A DNA stretch of 64,000 bases from Bryobacteraceae bacterium (GTDB lineage: Bacteria; Acidobacteriota; Terriglobia; Bryobacterales; Bryobacteraceae), in the NCBI GenBank assembly GCA_050789245.1, contig JBOZRR010000029.1, positions 5,556 to 69,555 of the forward strand, given 5' to 3'. Of this stretch, positions 1 through 9,494 are shown in pieces. The translations under genes and the position numbers were made by a program. The notes under the pieces were generated by a model, which had not been told where the DNA came from, did no database searches, and saw only the letters and a list, made by a program, of their open reading frames with translations. Numbering within the stretch: the stretch's first letter is position 1; every line of letters begins with the position of its first letter.

Positions 1-266
1 ATCTCGTTCAGCTCCTCATCGTTCGCAATGGCAGACCACCAGCGCTGCCGGAGGCTTGCCGGCCGGCGGCCTTCGGTAGCTGGCTCCATCTCGTTTGCAC
101 GGTGTTTGATCCAACTGACGATGAAATCGGCTGTCCCCTCCGAGCGCTCCCGGACGTGGTCCAGAGCCTGGCTGACCTGGCTGTGGATGTGCAGGCTGGA
201 AAGGACGAGTACGGCGAGCACCACCATGCCCACCAACGAGACCGTCAGCCTGATCTTCACCGACAT
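1..266 (-). CDS. N-terminal part of a membrane protein running off the left edge (possible sensor partner of the adjacent sigma-54 regulator)
   Basis: Reverse-strand ATG at 266, 7 nt after the stop of the upstream regulator. Translates MSVKIRLTVSLVGMVVLAVLVLSS... (one hydrophobic helix) and stays open to position 1. Absent from the ORF track because it is truncated. Confidence 0.45.
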   Translation of the reverse strand, partial: MSVKIRLTVSLVGMVVLAVLVLSSLHIHSQVSQALDHVRERSEGTADFIVSWIKHRANEMEPATEGRRPASLRQRWWSAIANDEELNE

Positions 267-273
267 TTGCGTG

Positions 274-1668
274 TTACTCGGCGTCGGCCGCGCCATACTC
301 CTTCAGTTTGTTGAACAACGTCTTGATGCTGATGCCGAGGATTGCAGAAGCGCGCGTTCGATTGCCGCCCGTGTGGCGGAGCGTCAACTCGATCAGCGCC
401 CGCTCGGCCTGGGAAACGGTCGACCCGACCGGCAGCGTGACCGCGTCCAGCGGGGTGGATGGATCGTCTGCCGGGGTGTCCTGGGTTCCCTGCGTGAAGC
501 GCGGCAGATGCTCCGGCCGGATCTGTCCCTGTCCTGCGAGGATGACGGCACGCTCCAGAGCGTTGCGCAACTCGCGGGCATTTCCGGGCCAGCCGTGGGA
601 CTGGATCGCTTCGGCGGCCGTGGCGGACATCCCCGTCACGTGACACTGGTGCCTCTCATTGAGCTGCGGAATGATTGCATTGCAGAGCGGTTCCAGGTCC
701 TCCTTGCGTTCGCGTAGCGGCGGCAGGTGAACGTGGAAGACGTTCAGCCGGAAGTAGAGGTCTTCGCGAAAAGTGTTGTCCTTGATGGAGTCGCGGAGGT
801 CGCGGTTGGTGGAGGCCAGGACGCGCACGTCCACCGCGGTCTCGCGCGGCGCGCCGAGACGGCGGATTCTTCGCTCTTCCAGCACACGCAGCAGCGTGGC
901 CTGCGTGGCCAGAGGCATATCGCCGATTTCGTCCAGCAACAGCGTGCCGCCGTCCGCGAGCTCGAAGCAGCCCTGGCGCCGCTCGACGGCACCCGTGAAT
1001 GCACCCTTCTCGTGGCCGAAGAGCTCGCTTTCGATCAGCGTCTCCGGCAGCGCGGCGCAATTCACCGCAATGAAGGGTCCGGAGGCGCGCGGGCTCAGGC
1101 TGTGAATCGCTCGGGCCACCAGTTCTTTCCCAGTACCGCTTTCGCCGGTGATCAGCACAGTAGCCGATGTCGGACCCACCTGGCGTAGTAACGAGAAGAC
1201 CTCACGCATCGCGGGGCCGACGCCCACCAGGTTTCCGAAGACGCCCTTGCCTTCAAGCTGGCGCGACAGACGTTCATTGTCCGCGCGGAGCCGCCCTTCC
1301 TCGAGGGCCCGGGAGAGCAGCAGCTTCAATGCACCGGGTTGAAGCGGCTTTTCCAGGAACCAGAACGCGCCGAGCGTGTGCACCATCTCGATGGCTGTTT
1401 CGAGGTTCCCGAAGGCCGTCAGCATGATCGCCGGCGGAGCGCCCGGCAATTCCTGGAGTTTCTTCAGCAGTCCGGCACCGTCGAGGCCCGGCATCATCAG
1501 GTCGGTGACGATGGCATTTGCCTTGAAGCTCTCGAGGTGGGACAGCGCCTCCTGCCCGTCGGAGGCGGTGCGGGCCTCATAGCCCCAGGACGTGACCATA
1601 CTCGCCAGCGCATTGCGCTGGTTGGCCTCATCGTCGACGACAAGGACTCGTCCGCGGCGTGATTCCAT
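274..1668 (-). CDS. sigma-54-dependent response regulator (NtrC family: receiver + AAA+ + Fis-type HTH)
   Basis: Receiver RVLVVDDE...VTDLMMPGLDG. Walker A GESGTGKEL and GAFTGA-type loop ESELFGHEKGAFTGA. C-terminal HTH NRTRASAILGISIKTLFNKLKEYG. Start moved to the internal ATG (MESRRGRVLVVDDE) because the upstream 65 codons are low-complexity. Confidence 0.9.
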   Translation of the reverse strand: MESRRGRVLVVDDEANQRNALASMVTSWGYEARTASDGQEALSHLESFKANAIVTDLMMPGLDGAGLLKKLQELPGAPPAIMLTAFGNLETAIEMVHTLGAFWFLEKPLQPGALKLLLSRALEEGRLRADNERLSRQLEGKGVFGNLVGVGPAMREVFSLLRQVGPTSATVLITGESGTGKELVARAIHSLSPRASGPFIAVNCAALPETLIESELFGHEKGAFTGAVERRQGCFELADGGTLLLDEIGDMPLATQATLLRVLEERRIRRLGAPRETAVDVRVLASTNRDLRDSIKDNTFREDLYFRLNVFHVHLPPLRERKEDLEPLCNAIIPQLNERHQCHVTGMSATAAEAIQSHGWPGNARELRNALERAVILAGQGQIRPEHLPRFTQGTQDTPADDPSTPLDAVTLPVGSTVSQAERALIELTLRHTGGNRTRASAILGISIKTLFNKLKEYGAADAE

Positions 1669-1720
1669 TGTTTCTATTTTCCGATAGGATGAGGGCGAAA
1701 CGCAGGAGGAAGTGCAGGAT

Positions 1721-2977
1721 ATGGCTGGAATCAGGCGGAGAGAGTTCATTAAGACCGCGACTGTCGCCGGTGCGATGACGAATTCGCCGGCCGTGCTGGC
1801 CGCTGGTCGGAGTCCGAACGACACCATCGGAGTGGCCGTGCTGGGCGTCGGTACCAGAGGCATCTATCTCCTCGAGCAGTTCCAGGACTGTCCCAAGACT
1901 GAGATCCGCGCAATCAGCGATCTCTACACGCCAAACGTCAAACGCGCCGTGGAGACCGCGAAGAACAAGAATCTGCGCGTCGAGAAAGAATGGCGCAAGG
2001 CGATTGAGTCGAAGGACATCGACGCCGTGGTGATTGCCACTCCAGACTTCTGGCACGCGAAAATGACCGTGGCCGCCGCGCAGCTCGGCAAGGATGTCTA
2101 CACCGAAAAGGGCCTGTGCCGGACTCTTGACGAAGCGAAACAGATGCGCAAGGCGCTCGTCGAGAACAAGTCGGTCTTTCAGCTCGGCCATCACCAGAAC
2201 TCGGAGGCGCCCTTCATCAAGGGCCGCGAGATTTACAGCAGCGGACGCCTCGGCAAGGTGCCGCTGGTGCGCACCTACATTGACCGGACCAGTTCCTTTC
2301 CTGAGTGGCAGTTCTACACCGCGTACAACATCAACCAGCGGCCGGCCGACGCGAGCGCGCAAACGATCGACTGGGACCGATTCTTGGGCGATGCCGCGCC
2401 CAAGCGCCCCTTCGACGTCGAACGCTTCTTCCGCTGGCGGTGCTGGTGGGACTACGGCACGGGTATTGCGGGCGACCTGATGAGCCACCAGTGGGACGGC
2501 GTGAACTGCGTGATGGGCATGGGCATCCCCGAAGCCGTGATGACCCAAGGCGGGTTGTACTGGTGGAAGAACGACCGCGAAGTGCCCGACATGTGGCACG
2601 TCATGTTCGATTACCCTTCGAAGGACTTGGCCGTCCAGTTCAACTGCACATTCCACAACCGCCACATGGGTACAAATACGTTCTTCCTGGGCCGTGACGC
2701 CACGCTGGAAGTCCACTCGCCCTGGTGCCGCGTGCATGGGGCCGAATGGAAGCTGGAGAACCAGGGCCGCAAGGAGCCGGACTACGAGATGAAGCGCGGC
2801 GAAATGGAAGTCACCTCGCACATGCGCGATTTCATCGACTGCATGCGCAGCCGCGCGGAAACCCGTTGCGGCGTCCAGCGCGCCTGGGAAGAGGCCGTCA
2901 CTATCGTGATGTCGGTAGAGAGCTTCCGGCGCGAGCGGAAGGTGAAATGGGACCCGGCTCGGGAGGCGATCGTCTAG
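1721..2977 (+). CDS. Gfo/Idh/MocA-family oxidoreductase with twin-arginine (Tat) signal
   Basis: MAGIRRREFIKTATVAGAM Tat-like leader, then Rossmann VAVLGVGTRGI. AGGAGGA lies 10 nt upstream of ATG 1721; the ORF track starts at GTG 1712. Confidence 0.85.
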   Translation: MAGIRRREFIKTATVAGAMTNSPAVLAAGRSPNDTIGVAVLGVGTRGIYLLEQFQDCPKTEIRAISDLYTPNVKRAVETAKNKNLRVEKEWRKAIESKDIDAVVIATPDFWHAKMTVAAAQLGKDVYTEKGLCRTLDEAKQMRKALVENKSVFQLGHHQNSEAPFIKGREIYSSGRLGKVPLVRTYIDRTSSFPEWQFYTAYNINQRPADASAQTIDWDRFLGDAAPKRPFDVERFFRWRCWWDYGTGIAGDLMSHQWDGVNCVMGMGIPEAVMTQGGLYWWKNDREVPDMWHVMFDYPSKDLAVQFNCTFHNRHMGTNTFFLGRDATLEVHSPWCRVHGAEWKLENQGRKEPDYEMKRGEMEVTSHMRDFIDCMRSRAETRCGVQRAWEEAVTIVMSVESFRRERKVKWDPAREAIV

Positions 2978-3657
2978 TCGCCGGTGCTGCCTTGCGTGTC
3001 CAGCATGTAGCCGATGCCGCGGACCGTGTGAATCAACTTCGTGGGGAAGTGGTCGTCGATCTTGGCGCGCAGGTGCCGGATGTAAACGTCGACGATGTTC
3101 GTCAGGCCGTCGTACTCAGTCTCCCAGACGTGCTCGACGATCATCGTCCGGCTGAGCGGCCTCCCCTGGTTGCGCATCATGAACTCGAGGATGCTGAACT
3201 CCTTTGGGGCAAGGTCGATGGGCTCGCCTGAGCGCGTCACCTTGCGGCGGATGCAGTCCAGCACCAGGTCGCCCACCTCCAGGCGTTCCGGCAGCGCATG
3301 GCCTCGGCGCACCAGCGCGTGGACGCGTGCCACCAGTTCCTGAAAGGCGAAAGGTTTTGGCAGGTAATCGTCGGCGCCGAGCTCGAGGCCTCTTACCTTG
3401 TCCTCGACCGACGACTTGGCGCTGAGGATCAACACCGGCGGGCTGACCTTGCGGTTGCGGAGGCGCTCCAGGATCGTGAAGCCGTCCATGTCCGGCAGCA
3501 TCAGGTCCAGTAGGATGACGTCGTAGTCGGTGTGTGCGGAAAGTTCGAGCGCGGTTCTGCCATCGCCGGCAATGTCCACTTCGAAGCCTGCCCCTGAGAG
3601 GCCTCGTTGGACAAATTCCGCGATGCGCTTCTCGTCCTCGACTACAAGAACTCGCAT
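2974..3657 (-). CDS. OmpR/PhoB-type response regulator (receiver + winged helix)
   Basis: MRVLVVEDEKRIAEF...ILLDLMLPDMDG receiver; C-terminal LAPKEFSILEFMMRNQGRPLSR...VDVYIRHLRAKID...IHTVRGIGY. Internal ATG chosen. No kinase gene adjacent. Confidence 0.9.
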   Translation of the reverse strand: MRVLVVEDEKRIAEFVQRGLSGAGFEVDIAGDGRTALELSAHTDYDVILLDLMLPDMDGFTILERLRNRKVSPPVLILSAKSSVEDKVRGLELGADDYLPKPFAFQELVARVHALVRRGHALPERLEVGDLVLDCIRRKVTRSGEPIDLAPKEFSILEFMMRNQGRPLSRTMIVEHVWETEYDGLTNIVDVYIRHLRAKIDDHFPTKLIHTVRGIGYMLDTQGSTGD

Positions 3658-3712
3658 ACCTGTTTGCAGTTCATTCTCCCAGAAACGATCCGAATGGTAA
3701 ACCGGGTGAGTT

Positions 3713-5251
3713 CTAAAGGACTGGCCCGATTCTCCAAGGAACGAACTCATTGTGCCCCAGACGCTCGCTTGCCGGCTTCTCGCCGGAGGCCACGCGGAGG
3801 ATGGCGTCGAAGATTTCGCGGCCGACCGATTCTACCGTGCCGTCTCCGTCGGCGATTTTTCCGGCATTTATGTCCATATCCGCTGTCATTCGCCGGTAAG
3901 TCGTCGAATTGCTCGTGACTTTGATGGTGGGCACGGTCGGGAAGCCCGTCGTGCTGCCGCGCCCGGTGGTGAAAACAAAGACGTTGGCTCCTCCGGCGGC
4001 CAAGCCGGAGAGCGAAACCGGATCGTAGCCGGGCGTGTTCATGAAAACCAGGCCTGGCGATGTGATGCGCTCGGCGTAATCCAGCACTTCGTTCAGCATG
4101 CTGGTGCCGCCCTTGGCGACCGCGCCCAGCGATTTCTCGACGATGTTCGTCAGCCCGCCTTCCTTGTTGCCCGGAGAGGGGTTGTCATCGAAGCTGCCGC
4201 CGAACCGCGAGAGATAGGCTCTGTACTGCGCGATGATCTCAAGCAGCCGCTCGGCCACGGCGCGTGAGCGGGCGCGGCGGACCAACAGGTGCTCAGCGCC
4301 GACGATCTCCGGAGTCTCGGCCAAGACGCTCGAAGCGCCGAGTTCGGCTAGTAGATCCGACGCGAAGCCGAGGGCCGGGTTCGCCGTGATGCCGGAGAAG
4401 GAGTCCGAGCCGCCACACTGTAATCCCAGAACGATCTTCGACGCAGGCACCGGGACGCGCGGCTCGGCGCTGATGCGCTCCATCATCTTGCCGATCGTGG
4501 CGCGCGCCGCATCCACGGCCGCCTGAGTCCCTCCGGCATCCTGCATCGTGAAGCCGGAGATCCGCGATGGATCGGGGTTATTCGAGCCGAGATAATGCTC
4601 CACCTGGTTTACTTCGCAGCCGAGGCCCAGCACGATGGCGCCACCGACATTCGGGTGGTTCAGAACGCCGGCCAGCGTCCGTTGAAGCTGCGCCGTATCC
4701 GGACCAATGGAGTGGCCGCAGCCTTCGCCGTGCGGGAAGGCTGCGACGCCGTCGACGTTCGGCGGCAGCACGGCGCCCGCGTAGCTCCTGGCGATGAGTT
4801 CCGCGGCGTAGGCGGCGCAGTTCGACGCTGCCACGACGGCGATGTAGTTGCGCGTCCCAACGCGGCCGTCGGCGCGCGGATAGCCGAGGAACGTCGGCAT
4901 TTCCGAGGGCGGCGCGGGCAGGGAATGTTCGGCGGCGGGAAAGTCGTAGTTCAGCGCGCCCGCGTCGAAGGCGACGTTGTGTGTGTGGACATGTTCGCCG
5001 GGCACGATGGCGGTCCGGGCCAAGCCGATGTGTTCGCCGTAACGGCGGACTGCCTCGCCCGCGGCGATCGCTCGGATCGCCACCTTGTGGCCGGCAGGCA
5101 CGGGTTGCGACAGCGAAACGCGAACGTCCCCCAGGATCACGGTTTGCCCGGAGGGCAGCGAGAGACGGGCGACAGCGACGTTGTCGCTGGGATGGAGCAG
5201 AATTGCAGCGGACTCCGCGGCCGGCGGCGGCTGGATCTCAACGAAACTCAT
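3713..5251 (-). CDS. UxaA-family sugar-acid dehydratase (altronate/galactarate dehydratase-like)
   Basis: N-terminal SAF-like ILLHPSDNVAVARLSLPSGQ. Long C-terminal domain with GLQCGGSDSFSGITANPALG and FTTGRGS blocks typical of UxaA/GarD. Start set at MSFVEIQ. Confidence 0.8.
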   Translation of the reverse strand: MSFVEIQPPPAAESAAILLHPSDNVAVARLSLPSGQTVILGDVRVSLSQPVPAGHKVAIRAIAAGEAVRRYGEHIGLARTAIVPGEHVHTHNVAFDAGALNYDFPAAEHSLPAPPSEMPTFLGYPRADGRVGTRNYIAVVAASNCAAYAAELIARSYAGAVLPPNVDGVAAFPHGEGCGHSIGPDTAQLQRTLAGVLNHPNVGGAIVLGLGCEVNQVEHYLGSNNPDPSRISGFTMQDAGGTQAAVDAARATIGKMMERISAEPRVPVPASKIVLGLQCGGSDSFSGITANPALGFASDLLAELGASSVLAETPEIVGAEHLLVRRARSRAVAERLLEIIAQYRAYLSRFGGSFDDNPSPGNKEGGLTNIVEKSLGAVAKGGTSMLNEVLDYAERITSPGLVFMNTPGYDPVSLSGLAAGGANVFVFTTGRGSTTGFPTVPTIKVTSNSTTYRRMTADMDINAGKIADGDGTVESVGREIFDAILRVASGEKPASERLGHNEFVPWRIGPVL

Positions 5252-5279
5252 TTCAATACCCTCCCGGAGATGCGGAAAC

Positions 5280-5837
5280 TCAGCGGACCAGCGCCGTCTC
5301 CATGATCTCTTCACCTGTGTGAACGTGGTAGCCGCCCGTCACCGGATGGATCAAAAGACCGCCCTCGGTTGGGGCGGGGAAGTCCTCGATGCGGCGCACG
5401 AGCTTGAACTTCGAATTCTCGGCGGCAGTCACCCATTTGCCCACATGGATGTGCATGTGGCACTGGGTTCGCACCTTGCTGCCGTTGTAGGCTAAACCCC
5501 AAGAATCAGAGAACTTCTCCTTCGCCACCTCCACCGCGCGCTTCCACAACGCGATTCTGTGGGCCGCGTCCATGGCGTGCATATGATGCGCGCCTTCGTC
5601 GTGGGCACGCGGCAGCACCAGCCACCGGCCCGGCTTGCGGGGGTTGATGTCCTTCAGAACAAAGAACTCGACGTCGCGCGGCTGCTTTTCGGCTTCGCCG
5701 CACAGGGAACAGGCTCGCGCCTTCATTGACTCCGGATTCGCCGGGTCGCAGGCGCACTGGCTGACATCGGCGCCGAGCGGAGCCAGCAAACACATGACGA
5801 AGATCGTTGTAAGAGCGAACTGCCTCATCGCCGCCAT
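5280..5837 (-). CDS. HIT-family (histidine triad) protein with N-terminal signal/anchor and Cys-rich segment
   Basis: Histidine triad CHMHIHVG. Hydrophobic N-terminus ALTTIFVMCLLAPLGA followed by CACDP...CSLCGE. The start is ambiguous among ATGs at 5855, 5837 and 5828. Confidence 0.7.
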   Translation of the reverse strand: MAAMRQFALTTIFVMCLLAPLGADVSQCACDPANPESMKARACSLCGEAEKQPRDVEFFVLKDINPRKPGRWLVLPRAHDEGAHHMHAMDAAHRIALWKRAVEVAKEKFSDSWGLAYNGSKVRTQCHMHIHVGKWVTAAENSKFKLVRRIEDFPAPTEGGLLIHPVTGGYHVHTGEEIMETALVR

Positions 5838-5848
5838 TATACTGGTGA

Positions 5849-7393
5849 GTGTCATTACCCGGCTCTGGGCCCACCGTGGAGCCCGCCTCGGGGCTGCGCG
5901 GCCGGTTCGCTTGGCTGGCTGTTGCCGCGCTCTTTGCCTGTTACGGCTGGCTGGCCCTTCAGGGGCTCGGCGAGGTGGGATTCTTAGGGCCCGACGAGCC
6001 GCGTTACGCGTTCATCGCCCGCCAGATGCAGCAATCGGGCGATTGGATCACCCCAAAACTCTGGACGGAGGCCGGCGTTCAGCCGCCGAGCATTGAACCC
6101 TGGTACGAGAAGCCGCCGCTGCTCTACTGGCTCGCCGGGGCGGGATATGCGTTGGGGCTGAGTCCTGAGCGGGCCGCACGCGTGCCCGTCACGTGCCTGG
6201 CGCTCGTCTTTCTTCTGCTCTACTGGTTGGCCCTGAAGAAGTTGGAAGACGCGGGCACGGCGACGATTGCCTCGCTCGTGATGTCGACCTCCGCGGGCTG
6301 GCTGGCGTTCTCGCAGGTGGCTGTGACCGACATTCCGCTGGCAGTCACCTTCTCCGGCGCGATTCTCGCCGCCGTGTTGCGTTTGAACGGCGGCGGAATC
6401 TGGCTGACGGGTGCCGCCGGAGTTTGTTTCGGATTGGCGCTGTTGGCCAAGGGCCTGGTGGCCGGTGTGCTGATTCTGCCCGTCCTGTGGTTCGCGCGGA
6501 CGCGCTGGAAGGAGATGCTGGCCGTCTTCGCCGTCGCCGTGCTGGTGGCGGGGCCGTGGTACGTGGCGATGATCTCGCGACATGGCATGGCCTTCATCGA
6601 CGAGTTCTTCCTGCGCCACCACTTCTCACGATTTTCCTCAAACGAACTCCAGCACGTTCAGCCTTGGTGGTTCTACGTCGTGGTGCTGCTGGGCGGGCTC
6701 TTCCCTTGGACATCCCTTGTGGCGGGGCTGCGGCCGTCGCTTTGGAAAGCGCCGCACCGCCGTATTTTCGCCGCGGTTTTTCTGTTTGGCTTCGTGTTCT
6801 TTTCGGCGTCCACCAATAAACTGCCAGGCTACTTGCTACCGCTTTGGCCGTCGCTGTGCCTTCTGGCGGCCGTGGGGTTGCGGGCCGCGTCCGACAAGCA
6901 CCGCAGTCTGACTGTTGCCGGCCTGCTCTTGTCGCTGATCCCGCTTGTCGCCTCCGTGCTGCCGCAGGCGCTGCTCGTCGGCGTGCGGCGCGCCGAGTGG
7001 GGTGCGCTGCCGTGGGAGTACGTCGCCATGGCGCTGCCGTTCGCCGCCCTGGCCCGCTGGCTGGCGCTGCGCGGAAAACTGACGGCGGCCGTGACCGTGG
7101 TGGCTGTGGGCGCGGGGCTGGGAGTCCGGTTTGTTCAACTGAGCGCATACCCCGTGCTGGATGAGATCGTTTCGACGAAGAGGCTGGCTGCGCGTGTCCG
7201 GCCGATGCAGAAGGAGATTTGCATCGAGCAGATGCACCGCGCCACGCGGTACGGACTGAATTTCTACTTGGGGCAGCCCCTGCCCGAGTGCGCTGTCACG
7301 CCGGAGGCCACGGTCCACCTGACGCAATCCCCCACCGGGTTGTACCAACTGGAACCGCTTCCGGGCAGGAAGCCGGCTGGCGATCCAGAATAG
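5849..7393 (+). CDS. GT-C fold glycosyltransferase, family 39 / ArnT-PMT-like
   Basis: Polytopic membrane protein with early GPDEPRYAFIARQM loop (the DE motif of ArnT/PMT enzymes) and more than 10 hydrophobic helices. GTG start as in the ORF track; an alternative GTG lies at 5876. Confidence 0.75.
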   Translation: MSLPGSGPTVEPASGLRGRFAWLAVAALFACYGWLALQGLGEVGFLGPDEPRYAFIARQMQQSGDWITPKLWTEAGVQPPSIEPWYEKPPLLYWLAGAGYALGLSPERAARVPVTCLALVFLLLYWLALKKLEDAGTATIASLVMSTSAGWLAFSQVAVTDIPLAVTFSGAILAAVLRLNGGGIWLTGAAGVCFGLALLAKGLVAGVLILPVLWFARTRWKEMLAVFAVAVLVAGPWYVAMISRHGMAFIDEFFLRHHFSRFSSNELQHVQPWWFYVVVLLGGLFPWTSLVAGLRPSLWKAPHRRIFAAVFLFGFVFFSASTNKLPGYLLPLWPSLCLLAAVGLRAASDKHRSLTVAGLLLSLIPLVASVLPQALLVGVRRAEWGALPWEYVAMALPFAALARWLALRGKLTAAVTVVAVGAGLGVRFVQLSAYPVLDEIVSTKRLAARVRPMQKEICIEQMHRATRYGLNFYLGQPLPECAVTPEATVHLTQSPTGLYQLEPLPGRKPAGDPE

Positions 7394-7394
7394 G

Positions 7395-8636
7395 TTACGA
7401 GCGCCGGTTCGATCGCGCCACGACACGCGCCGGCTGTGCCGCCGCCGCGGCGGCTTCTGCCACTTTGACCCCTGGATGGGCCAGGGGAGGCAGCATCATC
7501 TCGATCGCTTCGCGGTCGAGACCCTCCGAGCAGCGGACGAATGAGCATCCCGAGCCGTCAGGACGCGAATCCACCTCGATCAGGTCCCCTGCTTGCACCT
7601 GGTGAGACGCGATGAGGTTTGAGATCGGCTGCACCACGAAACGCTCAACGGCGCGCTTCAGGTGGCGGGCTCCATATCGGGCATCTGTCCCTTCCTCGAG
7701 CAACAGCCTCCGGGCCGCCGGCGTCGTCCGGAAGACGAATGCGTTCGCGCGCGGCGCCATCAGGATTCGACGTTGCACGTAGGCGAGCTCAATGTCGAGA
7801 ATGCGGTTCAGCTCCGCCTCGCCCAGTGGCTGGAAGACCACCACTTTGTCGAGTCGATTCATGAACTCCGGCGTGAACTTGCGCCTCGCGGCCTCCGTCC
7901 CAGCCGCCGCCAGTTTGCCGGCCAGCTTCCCCGGGTCCTGCGCGCCGGCGGGCATGCCGAAGCCGAGCCTCGGGCCGGCAATCGACTCCATTTCACGCGC
8001 GCCGAGGTTCGACGTCATGAAGATGATCGTTTGCGAGAAGTCTACTTTGCGGTTGTCGCCGAGCGTCAGCGTCCCCTTGTCGAGAATTCCCAAAAGCAGG
8101 TTCCAGAGCGAGTCGGAAGCCTTCTCGATCTCGTCGAACAGCACGAAGCTCAGCCGCAGATCCTCGGTGTGGTACTGGTTCAGAGTCTCCTGGCTCAACA
8201 GCGGATGGGTTTCGCGATGGCCTAGATAGCCCGGAGGCGAACCGATAAGCTTCGCGATCTCGTGGCTGTGCTGGAACTCGGCGCAATCCACCTTCACCAT
8301 CGCGCGGGCGGTGCCCAGCAGAGCCTCCGCCGTAGCCTCGACGATGCGCGTCTTGCCGCTGCCCGTCGGGCCGAGAAACAGCAGATTTCCCGCCGGACGG
8401 CCCGGCGCGGCCAAGCCCGTCATGAACATCTGGTAGATGTTGACGATTTGCGCGACGGCCTCGTTCTGGCCTACGACACGGGCACGAAGCTCTCGCTCCA
8501 GGTTCAGGGCATCCGGGCCCGTACGAGCCGGGTCCAGCACGTCGTCACGGCGCCGAGGGCGGCGGACGGGGTCCAACAGGACGGCGGCGGGCATGCCCTG
8601 GGGAGTGGGTCGTGGAATCTGCGCGTTCATCTTCAC
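7395..8636 (-). CDS. single-module Clp/Hsp100-type AAA+ ATPase (D2-like module only)
   Basis: VVGQNEAV, Walker A GPTGSGKT, GSPPGYLGH, Walker B VLFDEIEKA, sensor FMTSNLG, RPEF-like TPEFMNRLD, GARHLKR. There is no N-domain, D1 or middle domain. Confidence 0.8.
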   Translation of the reverse strand: MKMNAQIPRPTPQGMPAAVLLDPVRRPRRRDDVLDPARTGPDALNLERELRARVVGQNEAVAQIVNIYQMFMTGLAAPGRPAGNLLFLGPTGSGKTRIVEATAEALLGTARAMVKVDCAEFQHSHEIAKLIGSPPGYLGHRETHPLLSQETLNQYHTEDLRLSFVLFDEIEKASDSLWNLLLGILDKGTLTLGDNRKVDFSQTIIFMTSNLGAREMESIAGPRLGFGMPAGAQDPGKLAGKLAAAGTEAARRKFTPEFMNRLDKVVVFQPLGEAELNRILDIELAYVQRRILMAPRANAFVFRTTPAARRLLLEEGTDARYGARHLKRAVERFVVQPISNLIASHQVQAGDLIEVDSRPDGSGCSFVRCSEGLDREAIEMMLPPLAHPGVKVAEAAAAAAQPARVVARSNRRS

Positions 8637-8673
8637 TCCTTAGAGACATCCGGCGCGCCTGGCGTTTCCGCCG

Positions 8674-9399
8674 CTACTTCTTCGGCGGCTTGGACGGCCG
8701 GATTTCGACGTGGCTGATTAAGGTTCGTTCAGGCATCGCCAGCACCATGGCCACGGCTTCGGCGACATCTTCCGGCGCGATCTTCCAATCCGCCTGGCCG
8801 CTGCGGCTGAACTCCGTGCTGACACTTCCCGGCAAGATCGTGCTGACGCGAACATTCTCGTACCGATGGTCGAGCATGATCGCCTCGCCCATGCCCACCA
8901 GACCGAACTTCGAAGCGTTGTACGCCGCTCCGCCCGCGAACGGGTTCTTGCCGGCCAGGCTGGCGATATTCACGATCCAGCCGCCGCCCCGCTTCCTGAA
9001 TCGAGGCAACGCATTGTGGCAGCAGAAGTAAACGCCGTTCAGGTTCGTCTCAAGAACCAGCCTCCAATCCTCCGGTTTCATCGCGGCCAGGTTGCTGAAG
9101 ACGCCAACGCCCGCGTTGTTCACCAGAATGTCGAGCCCGCCCAGTTCGGCGTCGATCCCCTCGAACAGCCGCTGCACGTCGGACTCACTTCTCACATCGG
9201 CCGCAATCCCGGCAATCGTTAGCCCGCGTGAACCGTATTTCGCGCGCAATTCCCCGACAGCCCTGCCTGTCGATTCGGCCGTCCGGCCATTCACCATCAC
9301 GGACGCGCCGGCATCGAGGAATCGCTCGACGATGGCCCGCCCAATGCCCTTCGTGCTGCCTGTGACCAAGGCGGTTTTCCCGTTCAGATTCAGTGCCAT
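8674..9399 (-). CDS. SDR-family oxidoreductase
   Basis: GKTALVTGSTKGIG, NNAG, and a YNASK catalytic Tyr-Lys. Start set at MALNLNGK. Confidence 0.85.
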   Translation of the reverse strand: MALNLNGKTALVTGSTKGIGRAIVERFLDAGASVMVNGRTAESTGRAVGELRAKYGSRGLTIAGIAADVRSESDVQRLFEGIDAELGGLDILVNNAGVGVFSNLAAMKPEDWRLVLETNLNGVYFCCHNALPRFRKRGGGWIVNIASLAGKNPFAGGAAYNASKFGLVGMGEAIMLDHRYENVRVSTILPGSVSTEFSRSGQADWKIAPEDVAEAVAMVLAMPERTLISHVEIRPSKPPKK

Positions 9400-9494
9400 G
9401 GCTCCATGATGGCTCCGGAATGCCTCGCCGGGCAAAACGTCGCTCGGAGTACAATTAAAGACGTGGATGCCCTAAGTCCCTGGAGAGCAAGCGG

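Noticed and set aside
1628-2821. 397-aa reverse-strand ORF
   Set aside because: It is antisense to the Tat-signal oxidoreductase at 1721..2977.
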